The position numbers and the translations under genes are program-made. 58,933 bases of DNA, from assembly GCA_035570295.1 (NCBI GenBank), contig DATMMA010000109.1, positions 1 to 58,933 of the forward strand, written 5' to 3'. The stretch comes from Streptosporangiaceae bacterium. Its GTDB lineage: Bacteria; Actinomycetota; Actinomycetes; Streptosporangiales; Streptosporangiaceae. This document shows, in pieces, positions 1-8,852 of this stretch (its first letter is position 1; every line of letters starts with the position of its first letter). The notes below the pieces were generated by a model. The model was not told where the DNA came from. It saw nothing but the letters and a program-made list of their open reading frames with translations, and searched no databases.

Positions 1-924
1 ATCACAGTCCGGGAACGTGATGCGGGACTCGGCGGGCTCTCACTGACCGAAATGCCCTATCCGCACGCCGCCGAGAACGACGTCATCGTGCAGGTGCATG
101 CCGCGGGATTCACCCCGGGAGAACTGGACTGGCCGGGAACCTGGACTGACCGCGCAGGCCGTGACCGGACGCCGAGCGTGCCCGGACACGAGCTGTCGGG
201 TGTCGTCGTCCAGCTCGGGTACGGAACGACCGGCCTCACCGTCGGCCAGCGGGTGTTCGGGCTCAGCGACTGGACCCGCAACGGCTCTCTGGCCGAGTAC
301 ACCGCGGTCGAGGCCCGCAACCTCGCCCCGCTTGCGGCCGACATCGAGCACACGGTGGCCGCCGCGCTGCCCATCTCCGGGCTGACCGCGTGGCAGGGCC
401 TGTTCGACCACGCCCGCCTCACGACCGGCCAGACCATCCTGATCCACGGCGCCGCCGGCGGTGTCGGGTCCCTCGCCGTGCAGCTCGCCCGCCAGGCGGG
501 AGCCCGGGTCATCGGCACCGGCCGGGCCGCCGACCGGCACACCGTACTTGGTCTCGGCGCGGACGAGTTCCTGGACCTGCAGGCCGACAGGCTGCACGAC
601 GCGGGCGAGGTCGACGTGCTGTTCGACGTCATCGGCGGTGACATCCTGGACCGCTCCGCCGCGCTGGTCCGCGCCGGCGGCACGCTCGTCACTATTCCCG
701 CACCGCCGCAAGTCCGGCCCAACGACGGCCGGGCCATCTTCTTCGTCGTCGAACCCGACCGTGCCCAGCTGGCGGGCCTCGCCCAGCGAGTCCGCGACGG
801 ACAGCTAAAACCAATCGTCGGGGCCGTCCGGCCGCTCACCGAAGCGCCGGCAGCGTTCGCCCCCGGCCAGCGCACCCGCGGCAAAACGATCATCCAGGTC
901 GCTGACAGCTCCGCCGCGTCGTAA
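1..924 (+). CDS. NADPH:quinone oxidoreductase / Zn-alcohol-dehydrogenase-like protein (MDR superfamily); 5' end probably outside the window
   Basis: ORF 52..924. The frame stays open back to nt 1 (ITVRERDAGLGGLSLTE precedes the first Met). MDR motifs are present: PGHELSGVV, GQRVFG, and Rossmann GAAGGVGSLAVQLA. Confidence 0.85.
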   Translation: MTVRERDAGLGGLSLTEMPYPHAAENDVIVQVHAAGFTPGELDWPGTWTDRAGRDRTPSVPGHELSGVVVQLGYGTTGLTVGQRVFGLSDWTRNGSLAEYTAVEARNLAPLAADIEHTVAAALPISGLTAWQGLFDHARLTTGQTILIHGAAGGVGSLAVQLARQAGARVIGTGRAADRHTVLGLGADEFLDLQADRLHDAGEVDVLFDVIGGDILDRSAALVRAGGTLVTIPAPPQVRPNDGRAIFFVVEPDRAQLAGLAQRVRDGQLKPIVGAVRPLTEAPAAFAPGQRTRGKTIIQVADSSAAS

Positions 925-961
925 CTGGCCGCAGAAGACTGCCCGCGCCGCGCGACGCTGG

Positions 962-984
962 CTCTGTCCGCCCCGCGGACAGAG
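962..984. terminator. Hairpin between convergent genes (candidate bidirectional terminator)
   Basis: CTCTGTCCGC (962-971) and GCGGACAGAG (975-984) are perfect reverse complements with a 3-nt loop. The hairpin lies between the stop at 924 (+) and the stop at 985 (-). There is no strong U-tract. Confidence 0.4.
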
Positions 985-1383
985 TTACGCGGTGCCGGAG
1001 CGGGCTGACCGGCGTAGTCGCGGCAGCCGCCGGAGCCGCGACCAAGCGCGCGGCCGGGGCGCGCCAGGTAGCTCGGCGAACATCCGCCCGTCTCGGCTGC
1101 GCACCGGGTATTTGCGCAGCTGGTAGCCCACGGGCGAACGGCAGTCCCCGGTCCGCAGGTCGAAGCAGTACCAATGCCAAGGGCAGGTAACGGCGCCGTC
1201 GCGAACCACGCCGTCGGCCAGCGGCCCGCCGTTGTGCGGGCAACCGGCATCAGTCACCTGGAACTCGCCGTCCACATCGAAGACGGCGTACCGGCGGCCA
1301 TTATGTTTAATGGTCCATGCCAGGCGACGTTTAACGCCCGGCGCCCGGCGGGCGCGGCTGCGACGCAGCGGAACAAGCGTCAC
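985..1383 (-). CDS. Rieske [2Fe-2S] domain protein (NirD-like small ferredoxin subunit)
   Basis: ORF 985..1569 contains CPHNGGPL...CPWHWYCF (CxH...CxxH Rieske ligands). The long ORF start overlaps the upstream hydratase by 65 nt. An internal GTG at 1383 gives a typical 132-aa protein. The start is uncertain. Confidence 0.7.
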   Translation of the reverse strand: MTLVPLRRSRARRAPGVKRRLAWTIKHNGRRYAVFDVDGEFQVTDAGCPHNGGPLADGVVRDGAVTCPWHWYCFDLRTGDCRSPVGYQLRKYPVRSRDGRMFAELPGAPRPRAWSRLRRLPRLRRSARSGTA

Positions 1384-1504
1384 GCCGGGCTCGCCAGCTA
1401 GCTCCGCGTCTGCCGGCTTGCCGGCCGGGCGGCGTCCGCTGCCGGGCGCGGGTCCGGCCCCGCAGTCGGAGCCGCCCCGGTCGCCTTCGCCCCCCTTGGC
1501 CGGC

Positions 1505-2290
1505 TTAGCGGCAGGCGATCTCGACACTGCCGAGCCGGTCGACGGCAACGGTAACCACATCGCCTGCATGCATCGAGACTGCGGCCGTCAGGCCGCCGGA
1601 CAGCACCAGGTCGCCCGGGCGCAATCCATCGTTCTCGGTGGCTAGCGACCGCACCAGCCACGCGACGGCCGAAGCCGGATGGCCGAGCGCGGCGGCTCCG
1701 GCCGCGGTCGCGATCACTTCACCGTTGTGCTCGAGTAGCACGCCGAGCAACCGCAGGTCAAAGCCAGCTGCCGGGACCGCCGGACCGATGACGTACCGCG
1801 CGGCCGAGGTGTTGTCGGCTACTACATCTGCCGCAGTGAACGTGTAGTCCCGGTAACGCGAGTCGAGGATCTCGACGCCTACCGCCACAGCCGCCGTCGC
1901 GGCCATCACGTCGGCCGAGCTCACCGTCGGCCCGGCCAGACTCGCGCCCATAATGAAGGCAATCTCCGGCTCGGCCCGCGGCTGGATGTACTCGCCGGCC
2001 AGCACCGGCTCGCCCAGGTCGAGGGCGTTCGCGGCGGCCAGGAAGCCGCGCACCGGCTCATGAACGCCGACCTGCGCCTGCTTAGCGCGCGAGGTCAGCC
2101 CGAGCTTCCAGCCGGCCAGCGGCCCGGCTCCGGCGCGCAGGTGACGTTGTACGGCGTACCCGGCAGCAAGGTCGAAGCCGGGAAACTCGGCCGAGACCGG
2201 GGCGATCGCGATCCGGTCGGCCCTGGCCTTCGTCAGCCTGGCCGCGACCTCGGCGGCGTCGGCCGGCCAGCTGACCCCGGGCGTCGTCAT
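1505..2290 (-). CDS. 2-keto-4-pentenoate hydratase family protein (FAH fold, MhpD/XylJ-like)
   Basis: Motifs AGYAVQ, GWKLGLTSRAKQ and PRAEPEIAF are typical of the hydratase/decarboxylase family. The ATG at 2290 is preceded by GAGGTG, and a GTG at 2299 is an alternative start. The stop of the upstream paralogue (2301) is immediately adjacent. Confidence 0.8.
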   Translation of the reverse strand: MTTPGVSWPADAAEVAARLTKARADRIAIAPVSAEFPGFDLAAGYAVQRHLRAGAGPLAGWKLGLTSRAKQAQVGVHEPVRGFLAAANALDLGEPVLAGEYIQPRAEPEIAFIMGASLAGPTVSSADVMAATAAVAVGVEILDSRYRDYTFTAADVVADNTSAARYVIGPAVPAAGFDLRLLGVLLEHNGEVIATAAGAAALGHPASAVAWLVRSLATENDGLRPGDLVLSGGLTAAVSMHAGDVVTVAVDRLGSVEIACR

Positions 2291-2300
2291 GGGCAGCACC

Positions 2301-3086
2301 TCAATCCACTACGCGGACAGTTACCGGCCCGAGCCGGTCGAACTCCGCGCGGAACACGTCGCCGGCTCGCATCGGCACGGCCGCGTGCAACGCACCGGTC
2401 ATCACCAGCTGACCAGCCTCCAGCCCACCGCCCATCTCGCCCAGGGTGTTGGCGAGCCAGGCGACGACCGCGACCGGGTCGCCAAGCGCAGCCGCGCCGG
2501 CTCCGGTGTCGACAAGCTCCCCGGATCTGGTCAAGACCATGCCGATGAGCCGGGGGTCGAGGTCACCTAGCGGCACAACCCGGCTCGACACCGCGACTGC
2601 GCCGTTGGACGCCAGATCGGCAACCGTGTCCGCCAGCCGGATCCGCCAGTCCGCGAACCGCGAGTCGACAATCTCGACCGCGGCGACCATTCCCGCGATC
2701 GCCTGCCGTGCTTGCAACACGGTGACGCCAGGCCCGCGAAGATCGGCGCTGAGCACGAAAGCAATCTCGGCCTCGATTCTCGGCTGGATGAACCGACTGA
2801 GCGAAACCGCGTCTCCGCCGGCGTACACGGTAGACCCGAGTACCGGGCCGTGATCCGGTGAGCTGACCCCGATCATCTGTTGCATGGGCTTAGAGGTCAG
2901 CCCGACCTTGTACCCGATGACCTCATCGCCGTCGGTGAGCAGCAATCTGGTCAGCTGCTGCGCGATCGCGTACCCGTCGGCCATGCCGAGGTCGGGATCG
3001 GCGTCGGTAAACGGCTCGATGGCCTGCCTGGTGCGCCTTGCCTCATACAGCGCCCTGGCCTTGCCAGACGCATCAGTTAGCGGCAA
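2301..3086 (-). CDS. 2-keto-4-pentenoate hydratase / 4-oxalocrotonate decarboxylase family paralogue
   Basis: Motifs DGYAIAQQL, GYKVGLTSKPMQ and QPRIEAEIAF. It is a paralogue of the downstream gene, matching the classic XylI/XylJ-type tandem. TTG start at 3086, with GGAGG 9 nt upstream. Confidence 0.8.
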   Translation of the reverse strand: MPLTDASGKARALYEARRTRQAIEPFTDADPDLGMADGYAIAQQLTRLLLTDGDEVIGYKVGLTSKPMQQMIGVSSPDHGPVLGSTVYAGGDAVSLSRFIQPRIEAEIAFVLSADLRGPGVTVLQARQAIAGMVAAVEIVDSRFADWRIRLADTVADLASNGAVAVSSRVVPLGDLDPRLIGMVLTRSGELVDTGAGAAALGDPVAVVAWLANTLGEMGGGLEAGQLVMTGALHAAVPMRAGDVFRAEFDRLGPVTVRVVD

Positions 3087-3304
3087 TCTACTCAGCCTCC
3101 GTCAGCAGCGGGCCACTCAACCGGCCACCCGAGGTAGCCCAGCGAACGAAGACCCAGCGGCTCGACGATAACTGGCGGCGAGCGAGTTTCGCACGCGAGG
3201 CCGCCCGACCGTAGTGGGCTACGTTCGCCGCGACCTCGCGGTGCGGCTACTGCGCGGGCGCGCTCGTGCTCGGCGACGCTCAGGAGCGGGTGCAGGCGAG
3301 CTCG

Positions 3305-5098
3305 TCACCGCTCACGGCGCGCAGACCGCACTACCGTGCCTAAGTCACCTCGGGGCGGCCTGACCGGGCGGCGAGCTTGCGTCGCCGCGGCGCGCTTACT
3401 CGGCCGCGACGCAGACGGCAGGTCCTTCGGGGCGGATAGTGCCTTGCTGCGATCGCCAGTGGCCCGAGCCGGCTCGAGCGGACGGAGCTCGGGCGGTGCG
3501 GGCACGCGCTTGACTCGCGTCAGGATCGGCCGCTTGGCGGGCGTGCGGGCGCGGGCGAGGCGGCTGCTGATGCGGTGGGAGTCGTCGTCAGAGGTCAGGC
3601 ACCGGCCGGTCGACAGGTCGAACTGCCAGCCGTGCATCGCGCAGGTCAGGATCGAGCCGGTCATCTGGCCGAAGCGGCTCAGGTCGCCGCACATGTGCGG
3701 GCAGCGGCGCTGGATGATCCAGTCACCCAGCTGAATCTCCTCCTCGTCGTGGCTCCTGCGGGCGTACCAGCCTTCGGCGTACATCACCCGCTCTGGTGAC
3801 AGGCACTTAAAGAACGTGTACACGTACTCGTTATAGGGGCCGATCCGGCGGGCCCGGAACCGCATGCTCAGGAAGAGGCTGTTGACCCAGTCGGTCTGGT
3901 GGTCGGCGATCAGCCGCTCGACCAGTGGCCGGCCGATGCTGAACTGATAGCGGCAGGTCTCACCGGCGAAGGCGCGGACCTGGCCGGCCGGGAAGTCGAT
4001 CACAATCGGCTGCTCGTCGCCCGTGTCGAGCAGCACCGGGCCGCCTACTCCGGTCCGGATGTGATCGGCCAGCTCGAGCAGGGGCTCGAACCACGCCTTC
4101 AGCTCAGCCAGCACGTCGATCCCGGCGACTGGCCAGCGTCGCTTGCCCGCCGCGATCTTGTCCTGCATCCTGGCGGCGTAGTCGCGCAGGTACCGCGCCT
4201 TGTCGGTGAACGGCTCGAGGGCCTGCTCGGCGCCAGCTGGCCAGCGGACCTCGCAGTGGCCGGGGCCGACGTCGAGCACCGCGCCCGGCGTCATCAGGTG
4301 GCCGCCCTCGATGCCCCGGTCGCGCAGGTAATCCAGGAACACCGTCTGATCGGGGAAGGTGTTAGCCGGATCCCCGGTCAGGTCGTTCAGATCGAACAGT
4401 TCCTCATCGAGGAAACAAGGCGGGCCGGCGAAGGGCACCACGTTCCGGGCCCCGATCTCGGTCACGTATCGGGCCGCGCGGTCCATGCCGTTGGCCCGCT
4501 TCACCGCGCCGAACGACCGCTTGGCGGCCTCGGGCAGCTCATAAGCCCACGGCCACCAGATGGCCCCCGAGAACTGCAGCAGGTGGACGTCGTAAGGGCC
4601 GAACGACCGCAGCGCGTCCAGCTCGGTCGGCCGGGCGTCATTCTGGTTCAGCATCCGGGCGGTCCCGTCATCGACGGCCAGCACCGAATCCCCGAGCGGG
4701 CCGTCCGCCGGGGCCTGTAGCGCCTGCCCCATCAGCCGTAGCCCGCCCAGCTCGGCCACCTCGCCGCTGCGCAGCACGACGAACTCGGCGAACCCCAGCC
4801 GCTCCAGCGCCTCCCGCAGATCCGGCACCGGGAAGTCCGGCAGCAGCACTGTGGCCGACCGCGACACGTGCCGCCTCAGCAGCTCGGCATCAAAATGATC
4901 CTTGTGCAGGTGCGACACGTACAAGTAGTCCACCTTGCCGAAACGGTCCCAGTCCAGGCCGCTGTTATCAGGGAACACGAACCACGACTCGAAATACGCC
5001 GGGTTCACCCACGGGTCACACAAGATCGTCCCGTAGCTGGTCTCGACATGCAGCCCGGCATGACCCAGGCAAGTGATCCGCAATTCCCCCGCCCCCAT
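3305..5098 (-). CDS. MBL-fold metallo-hydrolase fused to a C-terminal Rieske [2Fe-2S] domain, with a basic Pro/Arg-rich tail
   Basis: N-terminal ITCLGHAGLHVE and HLHKDH (HxHxDH). C-terminal CPHMCGDL...CAMHGWQF (Rieske ligands). The ATG at 5098 gives MGAGELRITCLGHAG. The ORF track extends to a GTG at 5137. Confidence 0.8.
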   Translation of the reverse strand: MGAGELRITCLGHAGLHVETSYGTILCDPWVNPAYFESWFVFPDNSGLDWDRFGKVDYLYVSHLHKDHFDAELLRRHVSRSATVLLPDFPVPDLREALERLGFAEFVVLRSGEVAELGGLRLMGQALQAPADGPLGDSVLAVDDGTARMLNQNDARPTELDALRSFGPYDVHLLQFSGAIWWPWAYELPEAAKRSFGAVKRANGMDRAARYVTEIGARNVVPFAGPPCFLDEELFDLNDLTGDPANTFPDQTVFLDYLRDRGIEGGHLMTPGAVLDVGPGHCEVRWPAGAEQALEPFTDKARYLRDYAARMQDKIAAGKRRWPVAGIDVLAELKAWFEPLLELADHIRTGVGGPVLLDTGDEQPIVIDFPAGQVRAFAGETCRYQFSIGRPLVERLIADHQTDWVNSLFLSMRFRARRIGPYNEYVYTFFKCLSPERVMYAEGWYARRSHDEEEIQLGDWIIQRRCPHMCGDLSRFGQMTGSILTCAMHGWQFDLSTGRCLTSDDDSHRISSRLARARTPAKRPILTRVKRVPAPPELRPLEPARATGDRSKALSAPKDLPSASRPSKRAAATQARRPVRPPRGDLGTVVRSARRER

Positions 5099-5337
5099 CA
5101 ACACGGCCCACTGCGTCCCCGCCCGCCGGCAGCTCACGATCGCCCCGCTACGACCGCTGCCCCGGGCTCGGCAGTGCTTCCCTACCCCCTAGCCGCGCAG
5201 TTCTAGAAGCGATGCACATCTCCGATCGAAAATTTGCCAATGCTAGACGGCGCAAACTCTCCAGAAAGGGCCTATGGCCATGCCGAGCAAGGCTGAGGAG
5301 GAAGAGCAACGGCAGGCCAGCACGGCCCCCTACCGGT

Positions 5338-6672
5338 CTAAGCGAAGACAGACCGGTGCCGGTGAACGGCCTGCAGCGCGCCGATGGCGATCATGTCGGC
5401 GAAAATGGCGGAGCCACCGTAGGAGACGAACGGCAGCGGCACTCCCGTCACTGGCATGATGCCGATCGTCATGCCGATGTTGATAAATGCCTGGACCGCG
5501 AACCAAGCCACGATGCCGCCAGCGACCAGCGTGCCGAACTGGTCGTCTGCGCGCGCCGCGATCCTGATCGCGCACAGCAGCACAATGGCGAGCAACGCGA
5601 TGATCACCAGGCAGCCGATGAAGCCGATCTCCTCGCCGGCCACCGCGAAGATGAAGTCGGTGTGCTGCTCTGGCACGAACCCGCCGGCCACCAGCTGGCC
5701 GTGGAACAAGCCCTCGCCGGTCAGCCCTCCGGAGCCGATCGCGATCTCGGACTGATGAGCGCTGTAGCCGGTCCCGCTCGGATCGGCCGACGGGTGCAGG
5801 AACGAGGTAAGCCGGCCCAGCTGGTAGGCCTTGAGCAGGTGCAGTTGGAGAGCTCCGGTGGCGCCAGCCGCACCGCCCGCGAGCAGGGCGATCAGCCACC
5901 TCAGCCGGATGCCCGACAGCGCGATCATTCCGATCATCAGCGCGAGCATCACTATCACGACGCCGAGGTCAGGCTCGGCGAGTACGAGCAAGAGCGGCAC
6001 CACGCAAATGGCTAGCATGATCGCCAGCGCGCGCACCTTCGGCCGTCTCTCACGCCGCGGAAGGTCTCCGAGGATCATGGCGCCGACGAGAATGATGGAG
6101 AGCTTGGCGTACTCCGACGGCTCGATCTGGAACCCGGCGCCCAGCGAGATCCAGGACTTTGAACCGTTCACCGGTGCGGTCAGGCTGCCCAGCGGCAACA
6201 ATACGACAATCAGGCCAAGGCACGACGCGGCCAGCACGATCGGCGCGTACTGCCGCAGTTGCCGGTAGTCGAGCATGCTGACGCCCACCATCAGCACGAG
6301 CCCGATGGCGATGTTCAGAATGCTCTTGGTCAGGTACGGGTCTGACGTGTTCAACCCGTTGGTCGCGGTGGCTGACCAGACAAGCAGCGTGCCAAGCGTG
6401 CACAGCGCCAGCACCGCGGCGAGCAGGACCCAGTTCAGGTGCCGCAACGGCGAACCGGGCCCGAAGATCTGGCCAAGCAGCTGGCGCACCCGGCCCCGAC
6501 GGCCGCGGCGAAATTCCGGCCCGGACCCGAACCCGCCTCGCCGGGCGGTGCTGCCACCAAGCCGCACTGGCGGCAAGCCCCGGTATGAAGCCGAACCGGG
6601 TACCGGCGGGGCCGGTCGCTGGCTGGCCAGGCCCTGAGAGCTGCGCCAGGAACTCAACCGGCCCTCCCCCAT
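5338..6672 (-). CDS. rodA: Rod-shape peptidoglycan glycosyltransferase RodA (FtsW/RodA/SpoVE, SEDS family)
   Basis: Polytopic membrane protein with SEDS C-terminal signature GVPLPFVSYGGS. It lies immediately downstream of PBP2 with a 19-nt overlap, in the mre cluster context. Confidence 0.9.
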   Translation of the reverse strand: MGEGRLSSWRSSQGLASQRPAPPVPGSASYRGLPPVRLGGSTARRGGFGSGPEFRRGRRGRVRQLLGQIFGPGSPLRHLNWVLLAAVLALCTLGTLLVWSATATNGLNTSDPYLTKSILNIAIGLVLMVGVSMLDYRQLRQYAPIVLAASCLGLIVVLLPLGSLTAPVNGSKSWISLGAGFQIEPSEYAKLSIILVGAMILGDLPRRERRPKVRALAIMLAICVVPLLLVLAEPDLGVVIVMLALMIGMIALSGIRLRWLIALLAGGAAGATGALQLHLLKAYQLGRLTSFLHPSADPSGTGYSAHQSEIAIGSGGLTGEGLFHGQLVAGGFVPEQHTDFIFAVAGEEIGFIGCLVIIALLAIVLLCAIRIAARADDQFGTLVAGGIVAWFAVQAFINIGMTIGIMPVTGVPLPFVSYGGSAIFADMIAIGALQAVHRHRSVFA

Positions 6673-8852
6673 GGCTTGCCGCTGTCTGACTTGCCGCCGG
6701 CAGCCGTGTCCGCTGGCAGCTGCACGAAAGGCAGCGCACCCGCCGTCGGGGTGCTGCTCGGCGACGCGCTCACCGTCGGCGTCGTCTGCACGACCGTGCC
6801 CGCGCCGGTGATGTGCGGCGTAGCCGGCAGCTTGCCCCCTGGCAGTGCAGCCTTCTTGCCCTGCAGGCCGTAGATCGCATCCCAGATCTGCCGGACACCG
6901 GGGCCGGACACGTCGGCGCCAAACCCCGAGTCGGGGATCATCATGACGACCACGTACTTAGGGTTGTTGCACGGAGCGAACGACGCGAACACGGACGTCG
7001 AGTTCTTGCCGAACACCTGGGCAGTTCCGGTCTTGCCTGCCACGCACACCTGGTGCAGTGGGAAGCCCCGGAAGGTTCCGGCCGCGGTGCCCGAGGTGAT
7101 CACTCCTTGCAGCGCGCTGCGGATATAGGCAAGCGTGCCCTTGCTGGCCGGCAAGTGCCCCATGACCGGCGGGGTGATCTTCTGGACGACCTTGCCGCTC
7201 GGGCTGACCAGTTCCTGGCCGATCCGCGGGCTGTACAGAGTGCCGCCGTTGGCGAGTGCCGCGTACGCATCCGCCAGCTGCAGCGGCGTGACCGCGACGT
7301 AGCCCTGCCCGATTGAGGCGATGATCGCCTGGCCCGGCAGCCAGATGTTGCCGTACCGGCAGTCGTCCCACTCAATCTGCTGGATGTAGCTGCCGTTCTG
7401 GCGGCCGTACTTGCACCAGTTCTGGCCGGTGTGCGCATTGTCCTTCCAGTAGTAGTACAGCCACTCCCTGGTCGGGATTGTTCCGCCGCTCTCCTGCGGC
7501 AGGTCGACTCCGGTGCCCTTGCCGAATCCCCACTGCAGCTCGACCTTCTGCTCGAACTGCACTGGCGCCTTCGGGCTGGTCACTGTGTTGGCCTTGGGGT
7601 TGTCGTGCTGCCAGATCCGGTAACCCATGTTGTAGAACACGGTGTCGCAGGAGACCACGAGTGCCTGGTGCAGCGACATCTGGCCCTGGTTGCCCGAGTC
7701 ATTCATAAACGTGTGCCCGCCAACCCTGGTCGACGCCGGGCAGTCGTAGCTGCCGTTCAGCGAGTCACCGGACTTGACGCCCGCTGTCAGCGTCGTGACC
7801 TTGAATGTCGATCCCGGCGGGTACTCGCCTTGTGTGCCCCGCTCCAGGATCGGCTCGCCGTCGCGAGTGCCGAACAGCCGCTTGAACTCCGTCTCCGAAA
7901 GCCCGTTGGTCCACACGCTCGGGTTGTAGGTCGGATAGCTCGCCATCGCCACGATCCGGCCGGTGGTGGTCATCACGACGGCCGCGCCAGAGGTGGCACC
8001 CGGATTCGCCGCGTGCGCCGCCTGAACGGAGTTGGCCAGGATGTTCTCGGTTGCGATCTGCAGCGGGCCGTTGATGCTGGTCACCAGATTGTCACCAGCT
8101 ACCGGCTTGACGTCCTTGATGGTGGACGTCACCTGTCCGGCAGCGTTGGTCGCCACTTCGTTAATGCCGGTCGTCCCGCGCAGCGCGCTGTCGTACTGTC
8201 CTTCAAGCCCGGCCTGGCCGACCAGGTCCTCCCCGGTGAACCCGGTGACCGGCTGATGCAGCGCCGCTAGCTCCTGCGGGGTGATCGGCTGCAGGTAGCC
8301 GACCAGCCCGGCGGCGGCCGTCGCGAGCGGCTGGTTGTATTCGGTGACCGGCTGGATGTCGGCTGACACGCCTGGAAACGCGCTCTTGTCCTCCATCAGT
8401 TGCAAGGCCACCTGCTGGGACACGTTCTGCGCTACCGGGATCGGCTGATAGGGCGAGCCCTGCCAGCACGGCTGCTGCACCCCGGCCGTGCAGATGCGCA
8501 CGCTTTCGGTGAGGGTTTTGTCACTAATGTTCAGCAACCGGGCGAGCCGGGCAAGCTCGGCTTTGCCCCCGTCGGCTTGCTGCCCGAGAGTGGCCATGTT
8601 CACTGCCACGACGAGGGATGACTGATGGCCGACCATAACCTGGCCGGTGTCATCGAGGATCTGACCGCGGACGGACGGCGTGACGATGTCCCGCACCTGG
8701 TCCTGGCTGGCAAGCGTCAGGTATTTCGCGTGACTGCCGATCTGCAGGTCATATAGCCGCACGCCGAGCACGGCCAGTAGTCCCACTACGATCAGCGCAA
8801 TGCTCACCAGCCGGCGCTTCGATGCCGGAATCACCCTGCTCCTCCCGTCCAT
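6654..8852 (-). CDS. mrdA: Penicillin-binding protein 2 (elongasome transpeptidase)
   Basis: N-terminal TM. Transpeptidase motifs STFK (SxxK) and KTGTA (KTG). C-terminal Pro/Thr/Ala-rich tail. Located between mreD and rodA. Confidence 0.9.
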   Translation of the reverse strand: MDGRSRVIPASKRRLVSIALIVVGLLAVLGVRLYDLQIGSHAKYLTLASQDQVRDIVTPSVRGQILDDTGQVMVGHQSSLVVAVNMATLGQQADGGKAELARLARLLNISDKTLTESVRICTAGVQQPCWQGSPYQPIPVAQNVSQQVALQLMEDKSAFPGVSADIQPVTEYNQPLATAAAGLVGYLQPITPQELAALHQPVTGFTGEDLVGQAGLEGQYDSALRGTTGINEVATNAAGQVTSTIKDVKPVAGDNLVTSINGPLQIATENILANSVQAAHAANPGATSGAAVVMTTTGRIVAMASYPTYNPSVWTNGLSETEFKRLFGTRDGEPILERGTQGEYPPGSTFKVTTLTAGVKSGDSLNGSYDCPASTRVGGHTFMNDSGNQGQMSLHQALVVSCDTVFYNMGYRIWQHDNPKANTVTSPKAPVQFEQKVELQWGFGKGTGVDLPQESGGTIPTREWLYYYWKDNAHTGQNWCKYGRQNGSYIQQIEWDDCRYGNIWLPGQAIIASIGQGYVAVTPLQLADAYAALANGGTLYSPRIGQELVSPSGKVVQKITPPVMGHLPASKGTLAYIRSALQGVITSGTAAGTFRGFPLHQVCVAGKTGTAQVFGKNSTSVFASFAPCNNPKYVVVMMIPDSGFGADVSGPGVRQIWDAIYGLQGKKAALPGGKLPATPHITGAGTVVQTTPTVSASPSSTPTAGALPFVQLPADTAAGGKSDSGKPWGRAG

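Noticed and set aside
57-1250. A 397-aa ORF antisense to the quinone oxidoreductase gene
   Set aside because: The product is Arg/Ala/Pro/Ser-rich with no motifs, and the ORF fully overlaps a gene with clear MDR motifs. It is a typical GC-rich shadow ORF.
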